This document shows positions 1 through 10,767 of a stretch of 64,000 bases of DNA, in pieces. Every line of letters begins with the position of its first letter. The first letter of the stretch is position 1. The translations under genes and the position numbers were made by a program. The notes under the pieces were generated by a model. That model did not search any database, was not told the DNA's origin, and worked only from the letters and a program-made list of their open reading frames with translations. The stretch is from an uncultured Weeksellaceae bacterium (GTDB lineage: Bacteria > Bacteroidota > Bacteroidia > Flavobacteriales_D > CAZDUI01): assembly GCA_964508605.1 (NCBI GenBank), contig CAZDUI010000003.1, positions 42,454-106,453 on the forward strand, given 5' to 3'.

Positions 1-1762
1 ATGTAATAATTACAACGGTTTCTCCGGCTTTTATCTTTTCATCATCAGCCTTTAGAATCATGCGTGCTGTACCAAAAGGTATAATATAATTTTCGTCGGG
101 CTCTATGGTTTTAGCTGGCTCGGTACCTTTTATCTTACTCCAGTATAATCCTTTGTGCTCAAGCATTATAACCGGATTGGGGTCATAAAATGCTGCTTTC
201 ATTAAACCTTTTAAATCTGCACCATTGCTGGGATAGGCTATTTTAATGCCGCGAATATTGGTAAGAACACTCTCAACACTGCTGGAGTGGTAAGGTCCCC
301 CCGAACCATAGGCACCAATGGGTACTCTTATTACACAACTGGCTGGCCATTTTCCATCACTCAGGTAATAGCTACGACTTAGTTCTGTGAATAACTGATT
401 TAGTCCGGGCCAGATATAATCTGCAAATTGTACTTCAACGATAGGTTTTAATCCAATGGCTGCCATTCCCACGGTACTTCCAATAATAAATGCTTCCTGG
501 ATGGGAGTATTAAATACCCTGTTGTCGCCAAATTGTTGTGCCAAAGTAGCTGCCTCTCTGAAAACGCCACCTAGTCTGCGGCCCACATCTTGTCCATATA
601 ACAAAGCTTCAGGGTGCTTAGAAAGTATTTCGCGGATTGCAAACAGAGCACAATCCACCATAACCGTTGGCTCTTTTCCGGTAGGTTCTCTTTCACCCTG
701 TTCGCTTGTTATTTCGGTTGGTGCGAAACAGTGTTTTAATAAATCTTCGGGTAGAGGGTCGGCTGCATCTAAGGCTTTCTGATACGCATTTTCAACATGT
801 TCTCGTGTATGTTCTTCAATTTCAACAAGCGTGGACGATTTAACATTCAATTTCAGTAATTCGTTCTTTAGTAGTGGAAAAGGGTCGCGCAACCGGTGTT
901 CATCAAGGTCGTCGCGATACCATTCCATACGTACACCGCTGGTATGATGGTTTAAAAGAGGCACTGCAGCGTGAATTAGAAATGGCCTGCGTTCAGTGCG
1001 TATAATATTTAATACCTCAGCAATGGTGTTATACGATTCTATAAAATTTGAACCATCAATACTTCTTACTTCAAGTCCGTTGAACCCTCTGGCATATTCA
1101 GCAGCATTTTGAGCACGTGTTTCTTTGGCGCTGGCACTTATATCCCATCCGTTATCTTGTACAAAATATAAAATGGGTAATTTTTTTAAAACAGCCATTT
1201 GAAAAGCTTCAGCAACTTCCCCTTCAGTTACAGATGCGTCACCCAATGAACAAACAGTTACCGGCTTATAATCAAAAGGATATTCAAAGTTTTCGGCTTC
1301 TTTATACCACATCCCCATTGCTGTGCCGGTAGCCGGTATGGCCTGCATACCCGTTGCCGACGATTGGTGTGGTATTTTAGGCATATCTGCCCTTCTTAAA
1401 CTGGGATGTGAATAATATGTTCGTCCTCCGCTAAAAGGATCATCCCGCTTGGCAAGAAGCTGAAGCATTAATTCGTAAGGTGTTATTCCAATACTTAACA
1501 AAATGCTATCGTCTCTGTAATACGGGAAAATGTAGTCTTCTGGTTTTAGTTGTAACCCCAATGCTATTTGCACTGCTTCATGTCCTTTACTGGTGGCATG
1601 AACGTATTTTGAAGTTATACGCGCATTGGCCTCATATAGTGAAGATAAACTCCGGGCTGTACACATCACTTCAAATCCTTTTAAAAGCGTATTTACAGAA
1701 AGAACATTCTGCATGCTTTCCTTATTGTCTGGCTTGTTTTTTTTCTCAACGGTTTCTCCCAT
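1..1762 (-). CDS. 2-oxoacid (pyruvate/branched-chain) dehydrogenase E1 component, fused alpha+beta subunits, TPP-dependent; the 3' end (C-terminus) runs off the window
   Basis: Hand translation of the minus strand from ATG at 1762: ...SKGHEAVQIALGLQL...YYRDD...GMQAIPATGTAMGMW (E1-alpha TPP motifs), then a beta-type region ...GQDVG..GGVF..T..L..FG..RVFNTPIQE...QFADYIWP. The frame is open to position 1. The plus-strand ORFs inside it are antisense artefacts. Confidence 0.75.
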   Translation of the reverse strand, partial: MGETVEKKNKPDNKESMQNVLSVNTLLKGFEVMCTARSLSSLYEANARITSKYVHATSKGHEAVQIALGLQLKPEDYIFPYYRDDSILLSIGITPYELMLQLLAKRDDPFSGGRTYYSHPSLRRADMPKIPHQSSATGMQAIPATGTAMGMWYKEAENFEYPFDYKPVTVCSLGDASVTEGEVAEAFQMAVLKKLPILYFVQDNGWDISASAKETRAQNAAEYARGFNGLEVRSIDGSNFIESYNTIAEVLNIIRTERRPFLIHAAVPLLNHHTSGVRMEWYRDDLDEHRLRDPFPLLKNELLKLNVKSSTLVEIEEHTREHVENAYQKALDAADPLPEDLLKHCFAPTEITSEQGEREPTGKEPTVMVDCALFAIREILSKHPEALLYGQDVGRRLGGVFREAATLAQQFGDNRVFNTPIQEAFIIGSTVGMAAIGLKPIVEVQFADYIWPGLNQLFTELSRSYYLSDGKWPASCVIRVPIGAYGSGGPYHSSSVESVLTNIRGIKIAYPSNGADLKGLMKAAFYDPNPVIMLEHKGLYWSKIKGTEPAKTIEPDENYIIPFGTARMILKADDEKIKAGETVVIIT

Positions 1763-1799
1763 GTGCACGGTTTGTTCTTGCAGTGTTTTCGCCGTAAAG

Positions 1800-2579
1800 T
1801 TAATTAAAATTGCCGTTTGGCATTTTGTTCTGAGAATCCGACAAAGTTATTTCAATAAAGTTTTTTATACAATTAAAAGTTTCAGCAGGATTTTCAAAAA
1901 GGGACATGTGTGCACACTGGTCAAGTATTTTGTGTTCAATAAGCACATTTTTTTGAACGTTTATAGCTTTCTGCAGAGCGGTCACGTCAATAGAAGTATC
2001 ATATTTTCCGCTAATAATTAAGGCGGGTTGATTAATGATTTGGTTGCATCTTCCGGTGCGACGCTTCATGGCTTCGATGGATGAAATGATTCCTTGTTTT
2101 GACATTTGGCCCGCTTGTGAAATCAATAGTTCAATCAACGATTCGTGTTTTTCCCGGTTCAGAAATAATGCTGGAATAGCTTCACGAATAAAAATCATAG
2201 CATTTTGTTCAACTATCCGGATAATTCGGTTACGGTTTTTTCTTTTTTCATCTGAATCAGGTAAACAAGTGCTGTTTAATAAAATGAGCCCTTCTGCTTT
2301 AAAGCCGGCTTCAATCATGGCAAGAGCAACATACCCGCCCATACTATGTCCCATAAGAATTACAGGTGCCGATGTTGGATTTATAAAGGTATTTATTACA
2401 ATTTCGGCTGTTTTCTCAATACTGTCTGACAATTGTCCGGACAGTCCGTGCCCGGGCAAGTCAACGGTTATTATATGATATTTATGTTCAAATTCTTTAT
2501 GAAAGGTATCCCACATGGTGCTGTTTTCTAAAAATCCATGAAGGCAAAGTATGGTATATGCTTTGTCTGAAGCCGGCAT
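1800..2579 (-). CDS. alpha/beta-fold hydrolase (esterase/lipase family)
   Basis: 259 aa; HG oxyanion motif (LCLHGFL) and nucleophile elbow GHSMGG. Confidence 0.6.
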   Translation of the reverse strand: MPASDKAYTILCLHGFLENSTMWDTFHKEFEHKYHIITVDLPGHGLSGQLSDSIEKTAEIVINTFINPTSAPVILMGHSMGGYVALAMIEAGFKAEGLILLNSTCLPDSDEKRKNRNRIIRIVEQNAMIFIREAIPALFLNREKHESLIELLISQAGQMSKQGIISSIEAMKRRTGRCNQIINQPALIISGKYDTSIDVTALQKAINVQKNVLIEHKILDQCAHMSLFENPAETFNCIKNFIEITLSDSQNKMPNGNFN

Positions 2580-2581
2580 AT

Positions 2582-3337
2582 TTAAAGGATATTTAAAGCT
2601 TCAAAAGTCTCATTCGGTGCTTCTGCATGTACCCAGTGTCCGGCATTGTCAATAGTATGGAATTCTGAGTTGGGGAATTGTTTTCTTAACAAATCAATAT
2701 CGGTATCTGTTATATAATCAGACTTTTGACCTCTAATAAATACAGTTTCGGTGTCAACACGAGTTGAGGGTAAAGCGCTTAAAATTTCGTTCATTTTTAT
2801 TGTAAGAACGGGTATGTTGATTCTCCACCCAAGGGTTTCCCTGGTTGCCCAGTACAAGTTTTTCATTAAAAACTGTAAAACGCCGGCATCATTAACATAT
2901 TTCGATAAATGCAACTCAACCTCATTTCTGCTTTTTAGTTTTGTTAAATCAGCAGTTGTTAATCCTTCAACTATTTTCTGATGGTGGGGCGGATATTCTT
3001 TGACACCAATATCAATCACAACCAACTTAGATAGCAACATTGGGTATTTCATGGCAAAATTCATGGCTACCTTTCCACCCATACTATGTCCCACAAGTAT
3101 TGTTTCGCGCAGATTTTCATCTGCAAATAATTCGGCCAGGTCTTCAGTCATTAATGGATAGCTTATATCTGAAGTATGTGCAGAATGACCATGATTTCTT
3201 AAATCTACCAGATATATAGTATATTTTTCGGCCAAACGTTTTGCCATGGTTTGCCAGTTGTCAGACGAGCCGAAAAGTCCATGAAGTATTACCATGTCAA
3301 TAGGGCCGTTGCCTGTTTTTCTGTAATGGAGTTTCAT
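2582..3337 (-). CDS. alpha/beta-fold hydrolase, paralog of the adjacent gene (YbfF-like esterase)
   Basis: 251 aa; ILHGLFGS and GHSMGG motifs; 3-nt gap to the downstream paralog and a 4-nt overlap with the pdxJ stop. Confidence 0.6.
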   Translation of the reverse strand: MKLHYRKTGNGPIDMVILHGLFGSSDNWQTMAKRLAEKYTIYLVDLRNHGHSAHTSDISYPLMTEDLAELFADENLRETILVGHSMGGKVAMNFAMKYPMLLSKLVVIDIGVKEYPPHHQKIVEGLTTADLTKLKSRNEVELHLSKYVNDAGVLQFLMKNLYWATRETLGWRINIPVLTIKMNEILSALPSTRVDTETVFIRGQKSDYITDTDIDLLRKQFPNSEFHTIDNAGHWVHAEAPNETFEALNIL

Positions 3338-4047
3338 TTTAATTCTCTTTTATACATCTGAATTGTATTTTCTAGTCCAAAATAAAGACTATCGCTTATT
3401 AGTGCGTGGCCAATGGAAACCTCTTGCAGAGCTTTTACATTGTTTTTAAAATACTTAAGGTTTTTTAAATTTAAGTCGTGTCCTGCGTTTAACCCCAGGT
3501 TCAGTGACGCTGCTAGCTCTGATGATCTAGTGTAAGCTGAAATGGCTTGTTGTGGATTCTTTTCAAAGTTCTCGGCAAAAGGTCCGGTGTAGAGTTCAAT
3601 CCGGTCTGTTCCTGTTTCAACTGCATGAATCATGTTTGTTGGGTCAGTATCAAGAAAAATAGAAACCCGGATACCGGATTTTTTAATTTCACTTATAACT
3701 TCTTTTAACAATAGCGAATGTTTCATGGTGTCCCAGCCTGCATTTGATGTTAATATATTGGGACTGTCAGGCACCAAAGTAACCTGAGCTGGCTTTACCT
3801 GAAGTACCATTTGGATAAAATCATCCGACGGATATCCTTCTATATTGAATTCTGTTGTTAGTACTTCTTTTAAAGCATATACATCATCTCTTCTAATGTG
3901 CCTTTCATCAGGCCGCGGGTGAACAGTGATTCCTTCCGCTCCAAACTTTTCACAATCAATGGCTGTTTTAACCAGGTTGGGTACATTTCCACCTCTTGCA
4001 TTGCGCAGCGTTGCAATTTTATTAATGTTAACACTAAGACGAGTCAT
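3334..4047 (-). CDS. pdxJ: pyridoxine 5'-phosphate synthase
   Basis: 237 aa; N-terminal [14 protein letters not shown] and the overall PdxJ TIM-barrel pattern. Confidence 0.85.
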   Translation of the reverse strand: MTRLSVNINKIATLRNARGGNVPNLVKTAIDCEKFGAEGITVHPRPDERHIRRDDVYALKEVLTTEFNIEGYPSDDFIQMVLQVKPAQVTLVPDSPNILTSNAGWDTMKHSLLLKEVISEIKKSGIRVSIFLDTDPTNMIHAVETGTDRIELYTGPFAENFEKNPQQAISAYTRSSELAASLNLGLNAGHDLNLKNLKYFKNNVKALQEVSIGHALISDSLYFGLENTIQMYKRELK

Positions 4048-4118
4048 AAATATTATGTTACTTTGGCACTATAAGTGCGGCTTCAAAGTTATTCATTAAA
4101 AAAGAAACGAGTTAAAAT

Positions 4119-4781
4119 ATGATAGCCCGGGAATTAATAACCGATGAAATACCCCCGCTCAGAATCACAGATACGGGGTTAAAAGCACTTACCTGGATGG
4201 ACGAATTTAAAGTAGCCCATTTGCCGGTGGTTAAAAAAACAGAATATATGGGTCTGATTTCAGATACAGATGTTCTGGACATGGAACATGCCGAAGAGCC
4301 CCTCAAAAACCAGAAATTGCAATTAATCAGACCATTTGTATACGAAAATGTGCATATCTATGATGTTATGCGCCTGATTGCAGATTTAAAACTTTCGGTG
4401 GTGCCGGTGTTGGACGTAAATGACAAGTATTTAGGATTAACCCATGTACATCATCTAATTAAGGTAATCACCAAAACAGCCGCACTTGAGAGTCCGGGGG
4501 GAATTATAGTGCTAGAGGTGGCTTATATTGATTACAGCCTTTCTGAAATTGCACAAATTGTTGAAGGGAATGAATCTAAAATTTTAAGTGTTTATGTTAC
4601 AAGTGTTCCAAATTCTACTATGCTTGAAGTAACATTAAAAGTGAACCGGCAGGATTTAAGCAGAATTTTACAGACTTTTCACAGATATGAATACACTGTT
4701 AAAGCATCTTATCACGAAAATATGTTCGGAGATGACATGCGCAACAGGTACGAATCTTTTATGAATTTTCTTAATATTTGA
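4119..4781 (+). CDS. CBS-domain pair protein
   Basis: 220 aa; two CBS-like segments (HLPVV..., VVPVLD...) followed by a C-terminal regulatory domain. Confidence 0.65.
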   Translation: MIARELITDEIPPLRITDTGLKALTWMDEFKVAHLPVVKKTEYMGLISDTDVLDMEHAEEPLKNQKLQLIRPFVYENVHIYDVMRLIADLKLSVVPVLDVNDKYLGLTHVHHLIKVITKTAALESPGGIIVLEVAYIDYSLSEIAQIVEGNESKILSVYVTSVPNSTMLEVTLKVNRQDLSRILQTFHRYEYTVKASYHENMFGDDMRNRYESFMNFLNI

Positions 4782-4801
4782 TTCATCCGATAAAATTTGA
4801 A

Positions 4802-5683
4802 ATGAAGGTAGCAGTTTACGGCAAATCATTTTCTGACAGTTTTTTAGGTGAAATTCAGACACTGTTTACTGAATTGAAAAACATGAAATGGCAGGTTGTT
4901 GTTTATGAGCCATTTATTTCTTATTTAAAGCCTAGAATTGAGCTACCAGAGGATATTAAAGCATTTAGCACTGACGATACTCAGGCATTAAATGGTGTAG
5001 ATTCGTTTTTCTCTATTGGTGGGGACGGAACATTTTTAGATACCATCACTTTTGCCTGTAAATTTGATATACCGGTTTTGGGAATCAATACCGGACGACT
5101 TGGTTTTCTTTCAAATGTTGCTAAAGAGGAGTTATTGCTTGCTTTAAACGCACTTCAGGCCGGAAGATATAGAATAGAAGAACGAACTCTGCTTGAGGTG
5201 AATACAAAAGATCATTTATTTGGTGATTCCAATTTCGCTCTTAATGAACTTACGCTTCATAAAAAAGACACAGCAAGTTTGATTACAATTCATACTTATG
5301 TAAATGATTATTATCTGAATAGTTATTGGGCTGATGGTATTATTGTGGCTACCCCAACGGGTTCTACAGCTTACTCGCTTAGTTGTGGAGGTCCTATTTT
5401 GTCTCCGCAATCCCGAAACTTTATAATCACCCCCATTGCTCCTCATAATCTGAATGTTCGTCCTGTAGTTGTTCCCGATGATGTAAAAATTAAATTGAAA
5501 GTAGAGGGCAGGAGTGAACATTTTTTAGTGTCGCTTGATTCGCGAAGTGAAACAATTATATCGGGTCAAAGTGTTGAAATTCAATCAAAAAAGAGGCAGG
5601 CAAGAATGATTCAACTTGAACATCAAAATTTTTTTAGCACAATTCGTAACAAAATGATGTGGGGAATCGATAAACGGAACTGA
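4802..5683 (+). CDS. nadK: NAD(+) kinase
   Basis: GGDGT motif (SIGGDGTFLD), the NE/DG pattern and ~295 aa length. The ORF track starts at a TTG at 4778; ATG at 4802 (MKVAVYGK) is the more plausible start. Confidence 0.85.
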   Translation: MKVAVYGKSFSDSFLGEIQTLFTELKNMKWQVVVYEPFISYLKPRIELPEDIKAFSTDDTQALNGVDSFFSIGGDGTFLDTITFACKFDIPVLGINTGRLGFLSNVAKEELLLALNALQAGRYRIEERTLLEVNTKDHLFGDSNFALNELTLHKKDTASLITIHTYVNDYYLNSYWADGIIVATPTGSTAYSLSCGGPILSPQSRNFIITPIAPHNLNVRPVVVPDDVKIKLKVEGRSEHFLVSLDSRSETIISGQSVEIQSKKRQARMIQLEHQNFFSTIRNKMMWGIDKRN

Positions 5684-5700
5684 TTTTTGATAAGTTAATA

Positions 5701-6630
5701 TTGTATCTTTGTCGGGTGAAATTATCGAAACATCTATACTTATTGTTGTTAATTTCTTGTAGCTCAGTCTATTCACAAAACTGGACTTTTTATCGTCACG
5801 AGTTTCATGCGGGTATTGGGGCAAGTAGTTTTTTAGGAGAACTTGGTGGTGCGAATCAGGTGGGTACTAATTTTTTACGCGACCTTGAATTCTCTATGAC
5901 CCGGCCGAACATCAGGGCGGGTTACGCATTTATGATAAATCCTTATTTAAAGCTGAATGCAAATGTGTTATATGGAAGGTTGCGTGGAGATGACGCTTTG
6001 ACACAGGAAAAATTCAGAAACAATAGAAATCTCCATTTTCGATCCCCTTTAGTTGAACTTTCAGTATCAATGGAATATTATCCGTTTCAGGAAAAATTTC
6101 TGCATTTGTACAGCATGAAAGGTGCAAAGGGAAGTAAAAGCAATTACTGGAGTCCTTATTTGTCTGCTGGTTTTGGAGGAATGTGGTTTAATCCAAAAGC
6201 ACAATATACCGATGGTAAATGGTATGCTTTGCAGCCTTTGGGAACGGAAGGACAGGGATTGCCCGGAGCACCTAAAAAATATAACAGGGTTCAGATATTT
6301 GTACCCGTGGGTTTAGGAATAAAATACTCTTTAAACAGACAATGGAGTATGGGCTTTGAAATTTCACGCAGATTCGTGTTTACCGATTATTTGGACGATG
6401 TAAGTGGTGTTTATTATGACAAGGCGGCCATTCAGGAAGAAAGTGGGGATGTTGCAATGTACTTTGCGGACCCAAGTCTGGATCCTGATTTTGGACCCGG
6501 CGATGGAATATTAACTACGGGTACCGGACAGCAAAGAGGAGATGCTACCGACAATGATTCTTATATGTTTGCAATATTTTCGGTGCATTATCGTTTGATG
6601 AAAGGTAGATTTGTGCTACCTAAGTTTTAA
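5701..6630 (+). CDS. outer-membrane beta-barrel protein (Bacteroidota DUF6089-like), paralog 1
   Basis: 309 aa; signal peptide ending in VYSQ, alternating beta-strand pattern, aromatic C-terminus; the start codon is uncertain. Confidence 0.5.
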   Translation: MYLCRVKLSKHLYLLLLISCSSVYSQNWTFYRHEFHAGIGASSFLGELGGANQVGTNFLRDLEFSMTRPNIRAGYAFMINPYLKLNANVLYGRLRGDDALTQEKFRNNRNLHFRSPLVELSVSMEYYPFQEKFLHLYSMKGAKGSKSNYWSPYLSAGFGGMWFNPKAQYTDGKWYALQPLGTEGQGLPGAPKKYNRVQIFVPVGLGIKYSLNRQWSMGFEISRRFVFTDYLDDVSGVYYDKAAIQEESGDVAMYFADPSLDPDFGPGDGILTTGTGQQRGDATDNDSYMFAIFSVHYRLMKGRFVLPKF

Positions 6631-6631
6631 A

Positions 6632-7468
6632 ATGCGATTCATTCTAAGTCCTTTTTTCTGTCTGTCTTTCATTATTTCGTCTGCACAGATTACCCAGCTG
6701 GATTTTATGGGGGGAGTTAGCTATTATACCGGCGAAATGAATCGTTTTGCATTACCGGTGCAGCTGAAACCCAGTGGTTCTGTCGGACTAAAGTTTTTTA
6801 TGAATAAAAGAATCGTCTTAAAGGCCGGATATTCCTTTATTCGTATTACCGGTAAAGATGAAGGTGCTGAATTTGAATGGCAGCAAAACAGAAATCTGGC
6901 TTTTTCAAATAACATTCATGAATTCACGGGTGGTGTTGAATTGAATTTTAAGGATTACCTGCCTGATGATATGTTGGATTACCCCTTTACTGCATATATG
7001 TTTGCACGCCTGGGTTTTTATCACATGAATCCTAAGGGTACATATAACGACAATCCTATTGAGCTGCAGCCTTTGGGTACCGAAGGACAGGGATCTGAGA
7101 ATGGAACAAAACAAAAATACCGTCTTAATCAGCTGGTCATTCCTTTTGGTTTTGGCTTTAGAATTAATATGAATGAATGGAGTGCATTGAATATTGAATA
7201 CGGAGTACGGAAAACATTTACTGATTTTTTAGATGACATTAGCGGATATTATGTAGATCCTACGGTACTTGCTGCTACTAATGGTCAGGTCGCTTCTGAG
7301 GTTTCAGATAATAGTAAACAACAAATTTCAGATTCTTTTGGAAACGGAAGAGCAACAAGAGGAGACCCAACAACCAATGACTGGTATATGCAATGTTGTG
7401 TGGGCATAAGCTTTACTCTAAAAGGACGGGATAAGTGTCAGAACTTTGGTTATAAACGATATAATTAA
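6632..7468 (+). CDS. outer-membrane beta-barrel protein, paralog 2
   Basis: Shares blocks with the upstream gene (ALQPLGTEGQG / ELQPLGTEGQG, TDYLDDVSGVYYD / TDFLDDISGYYVD); probable ATG start at 6632 (MRFILSPFF...). Confidence 0.5.
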   Translation: MRFILSPFFCLSFIISSAQITQLDFMGGVSYYTGEMNRFALPVQLKPSGSVGLKFFMNKRIVLKAGYSFIRITGKDEGAEFEWQQNRNLAFSNNIHEFTGGVELNFKDYLPDDMLDYPFTAYMFARLGFYHMNPKGTYNDNPIELQPLGTEGQGSENGTKQKYRLNQLVIPFGFGFRINMNEWSALNIEYGVRKTFTDFLDDISGYYVDPTVLAATNGQVASEVSDNSKQQISDSFGNGRATRGDPTTNDWYMQCCVGISFTLKGRDKCQNFGYKRYN

Positions 7469-7513
7469 AATATTTTTGTATTGATTTTCTTCAGACCTTT
7501 GCACCCGCAGTAA

Positions 7514-8260
7514 ATGGAAATTATTGATAAAATAGACAGGACCAGGGTGCCAAAACATGTGGCTGTGATAATGGATGGCAATGGCAGATGGGCGCGGCAG
7601 AAAGGAGAACACCGGATTTATGGGCATATAAGTGGGGTTGAATCGGTTAGAGAGACTTTGGTTGCTGCTTCCGAAATTGGGGTTGAATTTTTGACACTTT
7701 ATGCCTTTTCAAGCGAAAATTGGAACAGACCCGAACAGGAGGTAGAAGCATTGATGGATTTGCTTGTGAAAACAATTGAAAGCGAAACCAATAGCCTAAA
7801 TGAAAACGGAGTTCGTTTAATGGCCATAGGTAGTCTGGATTCTTTGCCTCAGGGTTGTTCTGATACCTTGAAAGATGCGATAGAAAAGACCAAAAACAAT
7901 ACACGAATTAATCTTGTTCTTGCTCTTAGTTATGGTTCAAGGCAGGAAATACTTGAAGCAGTGCAAAAAGTAGCTGCATCTGTTCTAAGTGGAGAAACAT
8001 CTCTTAGTAATATAAATGAATCAATGTTTCCAAAATATTTATATACTGCAAATATTCCTGATCCTGAGCTGCTTATAAGAACTTCAGGTGAAGTTCGAAT
8101 CAGTAATTTTCTTTTATGGCAGCTTGCATATACTGAAATGTACTTTACTGACGTTATGTGGCCTGACTTTAACAAAAATGAATTTTATAAAGCAATTCTT
8201 GATTTCCAACTTCGGGAAAGACGTTTTGGTTTGGTAAGCGAACAGGTTAATGCTGAATAA
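7514..8260 (+). CDS. uppS: isoprenyl transferase (undecaprenyl diphosphate synthase)
   Basis: HVAVIMDGNGRWA, ENW and RTSGE..RISNFLLWQ motifs; 248 aa. Confidence 0.9.
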   Translation: MEIIDKIDRTRVPKHVAVIMDGNGRWARQKGEHRIYGHISGVESVRETLVAASEIGVEFLTLYAFSSENWNRPEQEVEALMDLLVKTIESETNSLNENGVRLMAIGSLDSLPQGCSDTLKDAIEKTKNNTRINLVLALSYGSRQEILEAVQKVAASVLSGETSLSNINESMFPKYLYTANIPDPELLIRTSGEVRISNFLLWQLAYTEMYFTDVMWPDFNKNEFYKAILDFQLRERRFGLVSEQVNAE

Positions 8261-10742
8261 GAGTTACATATTGTTCTTAATGGTGTTCTGTATAACACCA
8301 CGGATTGTAGCACAACCCGATAATGCTGTCGATTTTTTAAGTCCTAAAAAATATCGCATTGGTCCTATTATGGTTGAAGGTGCCGATTTTTTTGATCCCA
8401 ATGGTATAAAACTAATTTCAGAATTAAGAGAAGGACAAGAAATTACTGTGCCCGGTGATGACATAACTTCCGCAATTAAAAAATTGTGGGAACAGGATTT
8501 ATTCAGCGACGTAGCAATATATCAAACCAAAATTGACGGAGTAGTTATCCATCTTTTAATTAAGGTGAAAGAACGTCCCAGATTGAGTGGATACAAATTT
8601 ACCGGTGTAAGCAAAGGTGAGAGTGAGAAAATAAAGGAAAAACTTAATCTCTATGCAAATAAAATTGTAACCGAAAACCTGAAAAACAATGGAATTGAAA
8701 TGATTCGGGGTCAATTTATTGAAAAAGGATTTCACAATGTTTCAGTAACTGTCGATGAAAAACAGGATACTACAGGTAACAATCAGGTATTCCTCCGGTT
8801 CAACATCGATAAAGGCAAAAAAGTAAAAATCAGAGAAATAACCATCGAAGGAAACACTACCATTAAGCAGGGTAAACTGTACCGCTCAATGAAGGAAACC
8901 AAAAGAAAACAATGGTACAGGTTCTGGAAAACCAGTAAGTTCATTCGCAGCAATTATAAAACGGACAAAGAGTCTTTAATATCAAAATTCCAAAATGCCG
9001 GGTTGCGCGATGCAAGAATTGTAAAGGATAGTGTATTCAAACTGAATGATAAAGAGTTGGGAATTAAAATTTGGATTGAGGAGGGTGGAGAGTATCATTT
9101 TGGTAACATAACATGGAGTGGTAACACCAAGTATTCATCCGGGAAACTGGACACATTACTGGGTATCAAAAATGGAGATGTATATAATCAGTCTATGCTT
9201 GAATCGCGATTGTACATGGATCCCGCGGGTACTGATATTACTTCGTTATACATGAACGATGGTTATTTGTTTTTTAATATTCAGCCGGTAGAAGTAAGGG
9301 TTTATAATGACACCATTGATTATCAAATACGTATAAATGAGGGCAAACAGGCGTATGTGCGAAAAATAATTGTTAAGGGTAATACTAAAACTTCCGATCA
9401 CGTCATTTACAGGGAAATTCGTACCAAGCCAGGAGATTTATTCAACCGTGAGGATATTATAAGGACACAGCGAGAACTTGCTAATACAGGTTGGTTTGAC
9501 CCGGAGAAGTTTCAGATCAATCCGATACCGGATCCGGCCAGTGGTACCGTAGATATTGAATATACTGTTGAAGAACGTCCCTCAGATCAAATAGAACTTT
9601 CCGGAGGATGGGGTGGCGGCAGAGTAGTGGGTACCTTGGGCTTGTCATTTAATAATTTTTCTGTTAAAAAACTTTTCAAAAAGTCGGCGTGGACTCCTCT
9701 GCCTAGCGGCGATGGCCAAAGATTAAGTATTCGTGCTCAGTCAAATGGCTTATATTGGCAAAGCTATAATTTTAGTTTCACAGAGCCCTGGCTGGGCGGA
9801 AAACAACCAAACGCTTTGAGCATAAGTGGTTATCACTCTATTCAATCTAATGGATTAAAAACAAAGGATCCTGAAAGACAAAGTTTGGCAATTTCAGGAA
9901 TTGCGGTGGGATTAGGCCGTAGGAACAAATGGCCCGATGACTATTTTACAAATTATCAGGAACTGGGATATCAGCACTATCTTGTAAAAAACTATGGCAC
10001 CTTATTTATCATAGATAGCGGTGCATCTAACGCCTATTATTATCAGTTCAGGTTAAGTCGCAATAGTGTGGATCAGCCCATTTATCCCAGGAAAGGCAGC
10101 ACCTTTAATTTTTCTGTAAAATTAACTCCTCCATATAGTTGGTTTAATGGAAAGGATTATAGTTCAATGAGCGATCAGGAACGCTATAAGCTTATTGAGT
10201 ACAACAAATGGAAGTTTACAGCCAATTATTATACACCGCTTACAAAGGATAATAAATTGGTATTAAATGCGCGCACCGGTTTTGGATTCCTGCACTATTA
10301 CACCAAAGAAGTTGGAGCACCACCTTTTGAACGGTTTGTGTTGGGAGGAAGTGGTCTTACGGGCTTTAATCTTTTTGGCCATGAAATCATTGCACTTCGC
10401 GGTTATGATGATAACAGCGTTTCGCCAAGAACAGGTGATATGCTCATTGCAAAATATACTTTGGAACTCAGATATCCATTGTCTTTGAATCCTTCAGCAA
10501 CCATTTGGCTTCAGGCATTTGCCGAAGCAGGTAATACCTGGTCGAGCTTTAAGTCGTTTAATCCGTTTTCTGTGAAACGATCGGCGGGTTTAGGGGTAAG
10601 AATTTATTTGCCCATGTTCGGATTGATGGGACTTGATTATGGTTGGGGATTCGACCGCCTGGATTCTGATGCCAACGGTATTCATGTTCCAGGTCAGGGT
10701 CAGTTTCACTTTACAATTGGTATGAATCTTGGCGAACTCTAA
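8250..10742 (+). CDS. bamA: outer membrane protein assembly factor BamA
   Basis: 830 aa; signal peptide, POTRA repeats, and a C-terminal Omp85 barrel that ends in an aromatic residue. Confidence 0.9.
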   Translation: MLNKSYILFLMVFCITPRIVAQPDNAVDFLSPKKYRIGPIMVEGADFFDPNGIKLISELREGQEITVPGDDITSAIKKLWEQDLFSDVAIYQTKIDGVVIHLLIKVKERPRLSGYKFTGVSKGESEKIKEKLNLYANKIVTENLKNNGIEMIRGQFIEKGFHNVSVTVDEKQDTTGNNQVFLRFNIDKGKKVKIREITIEGNTTIKQGKLYRSMKETKRKQWYRFWKTSKFIRSNYKTDKESLISKFQNAGLRDARIVKDSVFKLNDKELGIKIWIEEGGEYHFGNITWSGNTKYSSGKLDTLLGIKNGDVYNQSMLESRLYMDPAGTDITSLYMNDGYLFFNIQPVEVRVYNDTIDYQIRINEGKQAYVRKIIVKGNTKTSDHVIYREIRTKPGDLFNREDIIRTQRELANTGWFDPEKFQINPIPDPASGTVDIEYTVEERPSDQIELSGGWGGGRVVGTLGLSFNNFSVKKLFKKSAWTPLPSGDGQRLSIRAQSNGLYWQSYNFSFTEPWLGGKQPNALSISGYHSIQSNGLKTKDPERQSLAISGIAVGLGRRNKWPDDYFTNYQELGYQHYLVKNYGTLFIIDSGASNAYYYQFRLSRNSVDQPIYPRKGSTFNFSVKLTPPYSWFNGKDYSSMSDQERYKLIEYNKWKFTANYYTPLTKDNKLVLNARTGFGFLHYYTKEVGAPPFERFVLGGSGLTGFNLFGHEIIALRGYDDNSVSPRTGDMLIAKYTLELRYPLSLNPSATIWLQAFAEAGNTWSSFKSFNPFSVKRSAGLGVRIYLPMFGLMGLDYGWGFDRLDSDANGIHVPGQGQFHFTIGMNLGEL

Positions 10743-10767
10743 ATCATTGTGTAATTTCGCAAACTGA

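Noticed and set aside
456-2478. Plus-strand ORFs (108, 71, 105, 131 and 147 aa) in the first 2.5 kb
   Set aside because: They lie inside, and antisense to, the E1 dehydrogenase and hydrolase genes, whose minus-strand translations carry clear family motifs.
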